Origin: Candidatus Zixiibacteriota bacterium
Lineage (GTDB): Bacteria > Zixibacteria > MSB-5A5 > GN15 > FEB-12
Length of the DNA: 64,000 nt
NCBI GenBank assembly: GCA_040752815.1
Contig: JBFMGC010000002.1
Span: 35,490 to 99,489, forward strand
Reading direction: 5' to 3'
A model generated the notes under the pieces. The model had not been told where the DNA came from, did no database searches, and saw only the letters and a list, made by a program, of their open reading frames with translations. Position numbers and translations under genes: made by a program. The stretch's first letter is position 1; each line of letters opens with the position of its first letter. Shown here piece by piece: positions 1 through 9,206 of this stretch.

Positions 1-755
1 TAACTGGGATCATCCACACCGGTCACACGAAGGCCGGATTCCTGCGGCACGCGCACGCGCAGCTTGGAATCGTCGCCCGAGACCTTAACTCTCACCTCCG
101 GCTGCAGATCGCCGAGCTTGATATAGATGTCAGCATCGTCTGCCCTGAGATCCAACTCCTTTAGAGGGGTGGTAGCGAGGTTCAGATGAAGTTCGCTGTC
201 CTCGCCGCTGACGCTAAGCTTGAGCGGCACCGAGCGCGAAAACGACACGCGCCAGTCCTCGGACTGATCGGTGTCGATCTGAACCGCCCCGCCCCAGTAG
301 CGGCGCGAGCCGGTCCGGTTATTCAAGTCGATCACCGCGCGGCGATCCAGAACCTCCATCGAGGACATCGGTTTGCGGCTCCACTCGCCGAACCGGGCCG
401 TCATTAGCTCGTCGCCGGCATCACGGATAGTGAGCGACGTGGCCCCCAGTTCCAGATCAGCATCAATCAGATCAACCAATTCCTCGTCTTCGTCATAAGT
501 AAGGGTCATTGATTCAAAAAAGCTGCCCCCTTCGCGGACCGCGGAGCCTTCGAACGCCACCCATAGGGCTCCGACAACCAGCGCTACTGTTGTCAGATAG
601 GAGATGGCGCGTAACCTGGTGGGAGCGAAAATCTTCTCGAGGCCGATGGCGATAAGAAGGAACGGCAACAGATAGACAAAATCGATCCAGAAGTTACAAT
701 TGAGCACGTCGGCGTTAACAAGAAGCAGTAGCGTCCCCACCAGGATAAACAACAT
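1..755 (-). CDS. LiaF/DUF2154-like membrane protein (3 TM + toastrack-type C-terminal region), 3' end runs off window
   Basis: Absent from the ORF track because there is no stop in the window. My reverse-strand translation from ATG 755..753 gives MLFILVGTLLLLVNADVLNCNFWIDFVYLLPFLLIAIGLEKIF..., then an open frame to position 1 with strand-like acidic segments (DADLELGATSLTIRD; ELHLNLATTPLKELDLRADDADIYIKLGD). It lies 23 nt downstream of a PspC gene, the usual partner. Confidence 0.5.
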   Translation of the reverse strand, partial: MLFILVGTLLLLVNADVLNCNFWIDFVYLLPFLLIAIGLEKIFAPTRLRAISYLTTVALVVGALWVAFEGSAVREGGSFFESMTLTYDEDEELVDLIDADLELGATSLTIRDAGDELMTARFGEWSRKPMSSMEVLDRRAVIDLNNRTGSRRYWGGAVQIDTDQSEDWRVSFSRSVPLKLSVSGEDSELHLNLATTPLKELDLRADDADIYIKLGDLQPEVRVKVSGDDSKLRVRVPQESGLRVTGVDDPS

Positions 756-778
756 GCCCCATCGAAACCGAGCCGGTG

Positions 779-1261
779 TCATGGGCGGATGCCTCCGTCG
801 CCGCCAGGCATTCCCGCTCCACCCGCCGGTGGGATGTGGGAATCGGATCGAGCGCGAGAACGGGCACTGTTGCGGAGAATCAGCATCAGTCCGAGCACGA
901 CAAGCAGAATCGGCCAGATATCATGCCACTGGAACCACCAGACATACTCGCGAAGCAGCAGCATCAGTCCAACCCCGACCAGGATCAAACCGGGCAGATA
1001 GATCCGCCAGCCGCCGCGCGACGAGGCCGCGGTCGACTCACCCACCGGCTCCGGGTCATACCCGGGCTGCCCGGGTGGCGGTTGCGGTATTATTATCCAG
1101 GCGAGCAGATAGAAAATCAGCACCACGCCAAAGCTGGCAAGGGCCGCTATCACCGCGACAAGCCGGACCAGGGTCGGGTCGATATCGAGATGTTCGCCCA
1201 GCCCGCCGCAGATACCGGCGATCACTTTGTTGGTGCTGGAGCGATACAGTCGTCTGCTCAT
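779..1261 (-). CDS. PspC domain-containing membrane protein
   Basis: N-terminus RLYRSSTNKVIAGICGGLGEHLDIDPTLVRLVAVI matches the PspC-domain signature. Several hydrophobic helices follow. Confidence 0.85.
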   Translation of the reverse strand: MSRRLYRSSTNKVIAGICGGLGEHLDIDPTLVRLVAVIAALASFGVVLIFYLLAWIIIPQPPPGQPGYDPEPVGESTAASSRGGWRIYLPGLILVGVGLMLLLREYVWWFQWHDIWPILLVVLGLMLILRNSARSRARSDSHIPPAGGAGMPGGDGGIRP

Positions 1262-1330
1262 GGTCTTAGTCCCAAACGGAACTCACTCCTACTACCCCAT
1301 CTGACAGCATCAGCCCGCTCAAGGTTGCAC

Positions 1331-2593
1331 CTATTCAGTCCGCCCAACACCTTGTTTTTCAAGCTCTTCCAGGTAAACCTGGGCCCTTGATCGGTTGCCT
1401 GATTTAGTGTCAGTTGCCACCGATTTGAAGTAGTCCATTCCCCGGTTCACCTCGGTCGAGTCAGGCGAGTAGCGGCAGATCGCGTACCAGACTTCCATCA
1501 GGGACTTCTCAGCAAGTTCGCGCTGAGCTTTGGTGTCGGACTGACGGCCCGCCAAAGACAGCGGCCCGGCTTTTTCGCCTGATGTTGGCGGAACCGCCGA
1601 GAACTTGAGCGCGTCGCTAAGAGGCTTCGAACTGGTGTCACTCAGTTTGGAGATCGCCGCAATAAGGGAATCGCGCTTTTGCCGCCAGAGCGCCAGATCT
1701 TCGGTCGGAACATCGGCCTCTTTGGAAAGACTGGTAGACATCCCCTGTGCGGCCCTTTGCTCCTCATGGGAGACTGTCTCGCCCTGCGAGGCTGGCGCCC
1801 GCTCGCGGGAGCGCTCGACATAATTGCTTTCCGCGATGTCTTTCGCTTCTGTCTCTGCCTGAAGAGAGACCGGCTCAGGTGGCATCGCCGATGGTTGCGG
1901 TGTGGTTTCGGGTTTGGCTGTCTCCGGGGTGTCGCCTTTTGGAGCAGCCGCTTTTTGCTGGAGTGCGGTCTTGCTTTCGACTTTGACTGGAACTTGTCCC
2001 CTGTCCGCCGTGCTTTCGGCGACATCCTCCCTAAGAACACGGCTGCCTGCGACATCGTCTCCGGGGCGGCCCGTGTCCGGTGCAGTCGGTGACGTGTCTG
2101 CGGACGGGGTGGACAACCGCACCGGCTGCTCAGGCGCGGACCTGGGCGGGACGAGCATTTCATCCTTGAGAATGTCGCTCTCGTGCAGGCCGATGTAGCC
2201 AATGATCAGTACCGATGCCGCAATCGCCGGGACTTTCCACCAAAGCGTTGAGCGGCGGGCGCGCTCGCGACTGAGATCGATCAGCCGTCCTTTATCAGGC
2301 AGTGCGTTCTCGATTCGCGCGGCGGCAGACTCCCAATACTCAGATTCTCCAAGGGGGCTGTGCTTTTCAACCAGTTCGCTCAGGCGGTTCAATTCAGAGA
2401 GGCGCGCGCGGCATTCGGCACACTCCACCATGTGGGTGTCCAAGAGAGCGCGCTCCGCCTCGGGCAGTTCATGATCGGCGTAAGCTGACAGTCTATCCTG
2501 ATAATACTGGTGGTCCACCGCCGTCACCCGCTCACAAGAGATCCTTAAGAGCTTCCACAAGTAGTTGACGCGCCCGATACAGTCGCGAATCAA
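1331..2593 (-). CDS. anti-sigma factor (zf-HC2 type) with single TM and long low-complexity ectodomain
   Basis: HELPEAERALLDTHMVECAECRARL is the H-x3-C-x2-C anti-sigma zinc-finger motif. TM helix WWKVPAIAASVLIIGYIGL, then about 200 aa rich in P/E/A/T. Directly downstream of an ECF sigma gene. The in-frame GTG at 2527, 4 nt after the sigma stop, is a more likely start than 2593. Confidence 0.75.
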   Translation of the reverse strand: MIRDCIGRVNYLWKLLRISCERVTAVDHQYYQDRLSAYADHELPEAERALLDTHMVECAECRARLSELNRLSELVEKHSPLGESEYWESAAARIENALPDKGRLIDLSRERARRSTLWWKVPAIAASVLIIGYIGLHESDILKDEMLVPPRSAPEQPVRLSTPSADTSPTAPDTGRPGDDVAGSRVLREDVAESTADRGQVPVKVESKTALQQKAAAPKGDTPETAKPETTPQPSAMPPEPVSLQAETEAKDIAESNYVERSRERAPASQGETVSHEEQRAAQGMSTSLSKEADVPTEDLALWRQKRDSLIAAISKLSDTSSKPLSDALKFSAVPPTSGEKAGPLSLAGRQSDTKAQRELAEKSLMEVWYAICRYSPDSTEVNRGMDYFKSVATDTKSGNRSRAQVYLEELEKQGVGRTE

Positions 2594-3137
2594 CCGTTCC
2601 CGGTGGAATCTTCAACTGCTCAGATATCTGGTCGTAACTCATTTCCTCAAAGTGCCTCATCACGAACACTATTCGATACGTCTCCGGCAGCCCCTTTAGC
2701 GCCGCGTAGAACCGGCGCTGGTTCTCATCGGCGAGGAGCTGATCCAGCGGGTCAGCCTGGCCGGTGGGTGTATCGAAGCCCTGTTCCTGAATCTTATCCA
2801 GCGACTCTTTGCGCTCCTCGCGGGCGATCATATTGAGCGCCTTGTTGCGGGCGATTGTCGCCAGCCAGGGGTAAAAATCCCTTCCCGTTTCAAACTTATC
2901 GAGAGCCTCGTACGCCTTCACAAAAGCTTCCTGAACTATATCTTCCGCCTGATCGAACGAGCCCACCAGCCCGTAGACAAAGCGAAAGAGACGTTTCTGG
3001 TGGCCACGAATCAGTTGTCCGAAAGCCCCCTTGTCGCCGCCCCGGGCGGCCCGAATTAGCTCCTGCTCGGCCGGCCCGGTCTCCGATCCCTCTACCTTTG
3101 TGCACGCCTTTTCTTCCCGGATTTTTTTCACCGGCAA
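2532..3137 (-). CDS. ECF-type RNA polymerase sigma factor (sigma-70 family)
   Basis: Region 2 (RLFRFVYGLVGSFDQAEDIVQEAFVKAY, DFYPWLATIARNKALN) and region 4 (SYDQISEQLKIPPGTVDSRLYRARQLL) motifs are present. Confidence 0.9.
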   Translation of the reverse strand: MPVKKIREEKACTKVEGSETGPAEQELIRAARGGDKGAFGQLIRGHQKRLFRFVYGLVGSFDQAEDIVQEAFVKAYEALDKFETGRDFYPWLATIARNKALNMIAREERKESLDKIQEQGFDTPTGQADPLDQLLADENQRRFYAALKGLPETYRIVFVMRHFEEMSYDQISEQLKIPPGTVDSRLYRARQLLVEALKDLL

Positions 3138-3141
3138 ACTC

Positions 3142-4122
3142 TCAACGGGCCATCAGTTTGAGAACGAGCTGGTCTAGCGCCAGTTCGGGAAGGGTTCGTT
3201 TCCACCGCAGTTCGGCATCGACATGGGCAATCAATTGAATTGCCTCGCCAAGCTGTCCCTCGGTGAACTGCGCGGCCTGGGTGCGAAGGCCGGACTCGAG
3301 CCAGCGGCGCCAGGCCTCCAGCGAGTGCCCGGTTTTCACCAGATACAAATCGACAAAATGCTGCCCTACGAAGTACAAGAGCGACGTCGGCGTGGAGCCT
3401 TCGGCCAGCAGACGCTTGATCAGAGCCAGCGCCTTCAACGTCTCACCTTTAGCTATCAGTTCGGCCAACTGATACACGGTCAGCGCCTCGTAACCAGACA
3501 CCACGGTTTGAATATCGATCGGCGTGATCGTCTCCCCCGGCTTTTTATAGTTGGCCAGCTTGTCGATCTCGTTTTCAAGCGCGCCACGGTTGCCCGCCAG
3601 AAGCCCGACCAGCAACTCCGCAGCCCCTGGATCCATCTCCAGGCCGACTTTGGCCAACTTGAGAGCAATTTGTCTTTGGGTCTCCTCCGACGTTAGACGT
3701 CGGAATTCCACTGTCTCCGCAGCGGCGCTGACGCGCTTGAAGAAAGCCTTGCGCTTGTCGGGGGCACGTTCCGCCGGTGTCGTGAAGATAACGATCCGAT
3801 TCGAGTCAGGCGGATCGATCAATTTTAGAACGCGGTCGATCTCGGTCGGTTTGTAGCTCTGGAAATCCGCGACCGCGAACACCTGGCGCTCACCCAGCAT
3901 GGGAAATACCGACAGCTCAGCCATCAGGTCCGCACATTTGGTTCGGCGTGCGTCGAGGCGACGAAAGTTGGTGGTCAGTTGCTTATCGGGTAGGAACTGT
4001 TGGGCGACATACTTTACCGCCTCGGAAATGCGGTAGTCATCGACACCAAAGAAGTAGTAGAGGCTCTTAAACTTCCCTTTGGTGATATCAGTTCTCAGTG
4101 TCTGGGTGGACGAGAGACCCAT
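3142..4122 (-). CDS. holA: DNA polymerase III subunit delta
   Basis: 326 aa. The N-terminus (YYFFGVDDYRISEAV) and overall helical C-terminal architecture are typical of HolA. The assignment is by resemblance only. Confidence 0.75.
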   Translation of the reverse strand: MGLSSTQTLRTDITKGKFKSLYYFFGVDDYRISEAVKYVAQQFLPDKQLTTNFRRLDARRTKCADLMAELSVFPMLGERQVFAVADFQSYKPTEIDRVLKLIDPPDSNRIVIFTTPAERAPDKRKAFFKRVSAAAETVEFRRLTSEETQRQIALKLAKVGLEMDPGAAELLVGLLAGNRGALENEIDKLANYKKPGETITPIDIQTVVSGYEALTVYQLAELIAKGETLKALALIKRLLAEGSTPTSLLYFVGQHFVDLYLVKTGHSLEAWRRWLESGLRTQAAQFTEGQLGEAIQLIAHVDAELRWKRTLPELALDQLVLKLMAR

Positions 4123-4153
4123 GCCGACAAGAAAGCCGGCGTCGCCGCATGGG

Positions 4154-4651
4154 TCAATCTAAAAGGTCGTCGACAGCGTGGTTCTCCGAGGGTGGCACCC
4201 ATTCGAGCGAGAAGCGGTATTTGTCGCGATACTGGGCGGCCTTGGACATAAGCGGTCCGAACTCCTCGCGTATCGCGCAGCGGCCGTTGAGTTGATTGAT
4301 CACCGCCAGGTTGTCCCCGTAGATCTGGTAAGTCTGCTTGGCCAGGTATTTTTGATTGGAGTCGATGAACTCGAGCAGCGCCAGCATCGATGCAAGATCG
4401 CTGTGATCCTGATCGACACCGGCAAACGGCGCCTTGAAGCGGATGCCGACATCCGGGATGTAGAACATCACTATAGATGATTTCCCATCCGGGTTGGAAT
4501 TAGGCAGGGGGCGGGCTCCAAAGTAGCATTCCATATCGACCCGCAGGGCAAGTGCCGTGCCCCTGACCCGATAGGGAGTGAAAAGGTTTAAGCGATTGTA
4601 TCTCAGAAGCTTGGGGCAACAGCACAGTAGTTCGATTCCAGCGTTGTGCAA
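4154..4651 (-). CDS. RNase H-like (RVT_3-type) domain protein, possibly catalytically degenerate
   Basis: GDNLAVINQLNG and WVPPSENHAVDDL resemble the GDSxLVxxQxxG and hVPRxxNxxAD blocks of type-1 RNase H. The upstream Glu-bearing helix appears altered. The true start may be an internal Met (MECYFG). Confidence 0.5.
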   Translation of the reverse strand: MHNAGIELLCCCPKLLRYNRLNLFTPYRVRGTALALRVDMECYFGARPLPNSNPDGKSSIVMFYIPDVGIRFKAPFAGVDQDHSDLASMLALLEFIDSNQKYLAKQTYQIYGDNLAVINQLNGRCAIREEFGPLMSKAAQYRDKYRFSLEWVPPSENHAVDDLLD

Positions 4652-4674
4652 CTGGATTCATAAACCGGCGAGCG

Positions 4675-5574
4675 CTAGCGTACCTCCGGACGCCGACGCC
4701 GGTAAATTCGGTGCAGCGCCAATACCGCCAGAGAGAGCACCATAGTGGTCACTAATGAGGCCTCAAACCCGAATGTCCCGCCGGTGAGTAGATCGCTTCC
4801 CACGATCTCAGTTTGGATGATACTGGGCGTATTGACACCGCTGATCGCCGAGCCGTAAATGGAACCCTGAAAGAGGTTCCAGGCGAAGTGCAGGCCGATC
4901 GGAAACCAGAGGTTTTGTCGGTGGATGTAGTAGATACCCAATACCAGTCCCGCCAATATGATGTTTACGAGGCCCGCTATAGTGGCGTTCGGATTTAGAA
5001 GATGACCAAGCGCGAACACCAGACTGGTCAAAAACAGGGCGACAAACTTATTGACCGAGGCCATTACGTTGTTTAGCAGATATCCACGCACAAGAACTTC
5101 TTCGTTAAATGCAACCGCGATCATCATTAGGGTCATGTTCGCAAGCGCCGATAACGGATGACTCAGATCGGTAATACGAACTCCATCTGCCAACAACACG
5201 ACGATAAAGACGGCTGAGATCAGGGCTATCCCCCAGATAATGCCCGCAGCCAGGTCCCTGAGGTGTTTCTTATCGAGTGCAAATCCAAGAGACACGAAAG
5301 ACCGCCGGTCAATCAGCTTCCGAAACAGAACTACGACCGCCAGCGTCCCAATCAATTGCAAGAACTGAGTGACAATGCCGAGCGGGCGACCGACCGTATC
5401 TTCTGTAGCCGGATTGCCGTGCGCCAGAACAAACACTACAGTCGAGACCACCACCTGCGCCAGAATCCAGGCGGGCATGGCCAGAAGCGCCCGCAGCCAA
5501 CCGTACTTTATCAAAGGTCGGGGATAATCCTCCGGTCTGGGAGATTCTTGAGCGCGTAGCGGGGTTTCGTACAT
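4675..5574 (-). CDS. CPBP family intramembrane glutamic endopeptidase (CAAX protease/Abi family)
   Basis: Polytopic membrane protein carrying the three CPBP motifs: FNEEVLVRGYL (EExxxR), FALGHL (FxxxH) and HFAWN. Confidence 0.85.
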   Translation of the reverse strand: MYETPLRAQESPRPEDYPRPLIKYGWLRALLAMPAWILAQVVVSTVVFVLAHGNPATEDTVGRPLGIVTQFLQLIGTLAVVVLFRKLIDRRSFVSLGFALDKKHLRDLAAGIIWGIALISAVFIVVLLADGVRITDLSHPLSALANMTLMMIAVAFNEEVLVRGYLLNNVMASVNKFVALFLTSLVFALGHLLNPNATIAGLVNIILAGLVLGIYYIHRQNLWFPIGLHFAWNLFQGSIYGSAISGVNTPSIIQTEIVGSDLLTGGTFGFEASLVTTMVLSLAVLALHRIYRRRRPEVR

Positions 5575-5611
5575 GATGTCTTACCGCGAGGACTTGGAAT
5601 TCGAACAGAAA

Positions 5612-6763
5612 CTAATCAGGGTGTTGTGCCAGTTTCTCCGCGAACCGGTCGGTCATGCCTGCGAGATAATCCGCCGCAACGATTTCAAGCGGGTGATCGC
5701 CTATCATGACCTGATACCGAGGCGGCATCAGGCGCGGGTTCTTTGTCAGAAGCCGAAACAGCTTCCTGATAGTACGTTGGGCCTGGTCGGCCATGGCCAC
5801 CAGGCGCGGGTGGCGATAGAGGCGGGTGTTGAGCAGTTGCTTTAGTTCAGCCGCCATGGGCGCTATGGAATCGGAGTAGACACACATCGGCCCGGGAGCA
5901 AGGCGCAGCGAACGATGGTCGGCAATTCCCATATGCGACAGACGGCCGGAGGTGGTATCCAGAAGATCGGTAGCCAGCGTGTTAATCAGGTAGCGCACGA
6001 GCTCGTAGCGCAGACGATCGTTTTCCGCGGCAGCGTTGAACTCAGGGGCTCTCTTCAGCGGGCTGCCGGGCGTATCCCAAATCGCCAGAGGACGGATGTC
6101 CTCAAGAGTAATCAAACCGGAATTGAGGCCGTCGTCGATATCGTGAGCCATATAAGCCAGCTCATCGGCTTTGTCTACCAACGCTGCCTCGAGCGTGGGC
6201 CGTTCCTCCGGATGAAACTCCGGGCCGACCCTGCCGCCACGGGTCTCATGCTTGACAATCCCTTCGCGCACCTCGTAGGTGAGGTTCAGACCGGGATGAT
6301 CGGGATATCGTTCCTCAAGAAGATCAACCACCCGAAGCGTCTGCCGGTTGTGGTTGAAGCCGCCGAAATCAGCGAGAAGCTCGTTGAGAACATCCTCGCC
6401 GGAATGCCCGAACGGCGTATGGCCGAGATCATGCACCAGAGCTATCGCTTCGGTCAGATCCTCATTGAGACGGAGATTGCGGGCGAGTGTGCGACTGATC
6501 TGCGCCACCTCGATAGTGTGGGTCAGGCGCGTGCGAAAGTGATCGGCCAGATGCGGGATGAACACCTGGGTTTTGTACTCCATCCGGCGGAACGCGGCCG
6601 AGTGCACGATCCGATCACGATCGCGCTGATAGGCGGTGCGCAGTGGATGCTCCGGCTGAGGAAACACTCGGCCCCGCGAGTTCGCTGCCAGCGCAGCGTA
6701 ACAGGCGAGCGTGAGCCTCTCCCGCGCTTCGATATCCTCGCGCCTAATCAAAGTCATCCTCAC
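5612..6763 (-). CDS. dgt: dGTPase-like deoxyguanosinetriphosphate triphosphohydrolase (HD domain)
   Basis: RDRDRIVHSAAFRRMEYKTQVF, TRLTHTIEVAQISR and VHDLGHTPFGHSGE are the HD-domain dGTPase signatures. Confidence 0.9.
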   Translation of the reverse strand: MRMTLIRREDIEARERLTLACYAALAANSRGRVFPQPEHPLRTAYQRDRDRIVHSAAFRRMEYKTQVFIPHLADHFRTRLTHTIEVAQISRTLARNLRLNEDLTEAIALVHDLGHTPFGHSGEDVLNELLADFGGFNHNRQTLRVVDLLEERYPDHPGLNLTYEVREGIVKHETRGGRVGPEFHPEERPTLEAALVDKADELAYMAHDIDDGLNSGLITLEDIRPLAIWDTPGSPLKRAPEFNAAAENDRLRYELVRYLINTLATDLLDTTSGRLSHMGIADHRSLRLAPGPMCVYSDSIAPMAAELKQLLNTRLYRHPRLVAMADQAQRTIRKLFRLLTKNPRLMPPRYQVMIGDHPLEIVAADYLAGMTDRFAEKLAQHPD

Positions 6764-7574
6764 CGGATCTCCGTGCCGGACGATACGTCAGGGACACCGT
6801 GTGCGACAGGCCCAGCACCGGATGAACCGATGCCGCATAGGTGATCGCACCGAAGGGGATTTCGATCTCCAGTCCGCCGCCGTACTCGGTCGGTTCACCC
6901 GCCACACCCCAGAAGAAGGCGCTGCGGCCGGAGAGCCTGATCCACTGCCCCAGTCCGAATTGAGGCTTCTGGGTCGGTTCGGCCTGAAGACGTCCCAGCA
7001 GCGAAAATGCCCGATGACCATGGTATTCGGTCAGAAGTGTGAATGTCATGCCGGTTCGATCACCGTTGTCGACAAATCTCGGCCGCGTGAGGTTATCGGA
7101 CACCATGCTTACCTTGAAATCGTATCCGCTGTAGCCTGCGCCTAATCCAAACGTAGCTGCCCGAAGGCTGCCGTAGCCGTTGCCGAATTGAATCTGCATC
7201 GCCGACGGCATCAGGCCAAGCGCAAATTCGCGGTAGTGGAGCACGACCGATCCCTTGATTAGTTGCTCCGCGTATAAATCGGTCCTGCCGAACTGGGAAA
7301 GACCGAGCGCGACGGTCCACCGGCGGTACTGCCAGCCGCCCGCGATAAACAGGTTATCCAGGTCAGCCAGTTCAAAGCGGCGATCGTAACCCATGTCAAA
7401 GAGCGCGGCGTTGTGAACAAGCGCATCGGTGGGTGAATTAACGAGATCCGTTGCCGATGGATGAGAGAGGAGCACCGATCGTCCCAGGCCGCCGGAGCGC
7501 GAGTTGATCAAATCATACGCGGACGCACTCGACATCAAGATAAGCAGCAGCGTGTATACCGGCCAGGGCTTCAT
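6744..7574 (-). CDS. PorV/PorQ-like (UPF0164) outer-membrane beta-barrel protein
   Basis: Signal peptide MKPWPVYTLLLILMSSASA. The N-terminal SRSGGLGRSVLLSHPSATDLVNSP parallels the G-x-G-M-G-x-A...NPA motif of PorV-like barrels. The remainder shows an alternating beta-strand pattern. Confidence 0.5.
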   Translation of the reverse strand: MKPWPVYTLLLILMSSASAYDLINSRSGGLGRSVLLSHPSATDLVNSPTDALVHNAALFDMGYDRRFELADLDNLFIAGGWQYRRWTVALGLSQFGRTDLYAEQLIKGSVVLHYREFALGLMPSAMQIQFGNGYGSLRAATFGLGAGYSGYDFKVSMVSDNLTRPRFVDNGDRTGMTFTLLTEYHGHRAFSLLGRLQAEPTQKPQFGLGQWIRLSGRSAFFWGVAGEPTEYGGGLEIEIPFGAITYAASVHPVLGLSHTVSLTYRPARRSGEDDFD

Positions 7575-9206
7575 TTATCGCGCCACCACAACTGTCTTCT
7601 TGGCCGATTCGACCCCGGCCGCCTCGAAGTACAGGATGTAAATGCCGATCGGCAGCTTCTCGCCGCTGTCACTCTCACCGCACCAGACATACTGCTCTTT
7701 GAGATCAATGACCTTGTCTTCAAAAGTGCGCACCTTTCGGCCCTTGCTGTCGTAAAGCCTGAGCGAAAATGACTCGGCCGGAGAAGCTTCGAGCTTGATG
7801 ACCGTGGAATCATCACGGCCGTCTCCGTCGGGAGAGATAATGCGCGGCTCAATTGATATGCTGAGTGTGCGAGAGCCGTCAGGCGCGAACCGGACGCGGT
7901 TAGGCTCGCCCGGAGTGCCGCCGGCATCTTCGGATCTCCCCCAGCGCCCCAGGTTGTCCATTGACTCGCTCCGCGCCCAGGTGTGGTTGTTGTCATGGAC
8001 ATCGATATAGTAGAATCGATCAGCCTGTATGTTGAAAGCATCGACCAGGCGTACGCTGTCGGAGGAGTTGTTTAGCCCGCGCCAGGCGGCCGGTTGGTGC
8101 AGATCGCCGGAGAATAACGGGTACGCAGCTACAAATCCGACCGTGTCTTCCGCCAAGACGAGATACTGATAAGGGTCAATCGAAAGTTCTGCGACCGCGA
8201 TCTCAGCAAATCCGACGGAATCACCAAGAAACCAACCCGCCAGGTCAATTGTCATATCACTGACATTCTTGAGCTCGACCCACTCGCTGCCAAACGCCGG
8301 ATCCGGATTAGCCAGCAACTCTGACAGAATCACCGGCGGATAATCTTCGCCCGGAGCGACGAATATTCTGCGATTGTTATTGGGGCGGTCGTCGTTGAGT
8401 ACGAAAAGGTTTGCCACCAGCCTCTGATAATACCCACTGAGCGAATACTGCCCCACCAACAGTACCGTAAGCCCCGAATCCACCGGGCCTACCGATTCGC
8501 CGGTTATCAGCACGCCCTGGCTGTCCGGTTCGAGCGAATCGAACTCGTACAATTCGAGAACTGAGCTGTTGATTGATGTCAGGCCAATGTTGGTTATGCG
8601 GAAGACCAGCTCCGCGCCGTTTTCGACCGCACTGGCCGAAATACTTTCCAGCGCTAGGTCGATCGGCAGCGGCGTAACTGAGTTCATGCGCCCGGGGGTT
8701 GATCCAGATGGATCAATTGACGGCGCGCTGGAGTCGATCAGCGGATGAATCCGCTCCCAGGAGTAGCCATCGCTTCCGGATTGGGTCCAACGTAACTGTG
8801 ACACGGGGCCGACCGGATCGCTCAGAGTTACTCGACCGCTCGAATTGGACAGTTGGAACGACACTTTTCCAATCGAAAACGCCTGCTCAAACGGTACATC
8901 GCCCCAAACGCCGGAGCTATCACCCCAGTGTTGTTCGAAGCGAACGGTATCCCGACAGAGTATATGATATGCTTGCGGAGCAAGCATTCCCGACAGCAGG
9001 TGCGTTGACGAGTCAGTGGCCGAGTAAGCACGCAACTGGTAAAACGTCAGGTTCTTCGAATCGGGCGAATCGTTAAACAGTTCCACCCACTCCAACGATT
9101 GCGCCCCGCCCGGTTCATTGGACAGCACTTCGTTAATTACGACATCCGCTGTAGACGATGCCGCCAGAAGAGAAGTACATATGATGACAGTCGCGACGTG
9201 TCTCAT
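7575..9206 (-). CDS. secreted protein with two lamin-tail domains and an FlgD-Ig-like C-terminal domain
   Basis: Signal peptide. Two LTD signatures (VVINEVLSNEPGG..LEWVELFN; ILSELLANPDP..SEWVELKN). The C-terminus ISPDGDGRDDSTVIKLEA...LYDSKGRKVRTF...GIYILYFEA resembles FlgD-Ig/T9SS-type sorting domains. Confidence 0.7.
   Translation of the reverse strand: MRHVATVIICTSLLAASSTADVVINEVLSNEPGGAQSLEWVELFNDSPDSKNLTFYQLRAYSATDSSTHLLSGMLAPQAYHILCRDTVRFEQHWGDSSGVWGDVPFEQAFSIGKVSFQLSNSSGRVTLSDPVGPVSQLRWTQSGSDGYSWERIHPLIDSSAPSIDPSGSTPGRMNSVTPLPIDLALESISASAVENGAELVFRITNIGLTSINSSVLELYEFDSLEPDSQGVLITGESVGPVDSGLTVLLVGQYSLSGYYQRLVANLFVLNDDRPNNNRRIFVAPGEDYPPVILSELLANPDPAFGSEWVELKNVSDMTIDLAGWFLGDSVGFAEIAVAELSIDPYQYLVLAEDTVGFVAAYPLFSGDLHQPAAWRGLNNSSDSVRLVDAFNIQADRFYYIDVHDNNHTWARSESMDNLGRWGRSEDAGGTPGEPNRVRFAPDGSRTLSISIEPRIISPDGDGRDDSTVIKLEASPAESFSLRLYDSKGRKVRTFEDKVIDLKEQYVWCGESDSGEKLPIGIYILYFEAAGVESAKKTVVVAR

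Noticed and set aside
700-1390. 189-aa and 204-aa plus-strand ORFs
   Set aside because: Both are antisense to the PspC-domain gene. They are Arg/Ala/Pro-rich with no recognisable domain.
5915-6844. 309-aa plus-strand ORF
   Set aside because: It lies entirely antisense to the well-supported dgt gene. The composition is Arg/Gly/Ala-rich with no motifs, which is a typical high-GC shadow ORF.
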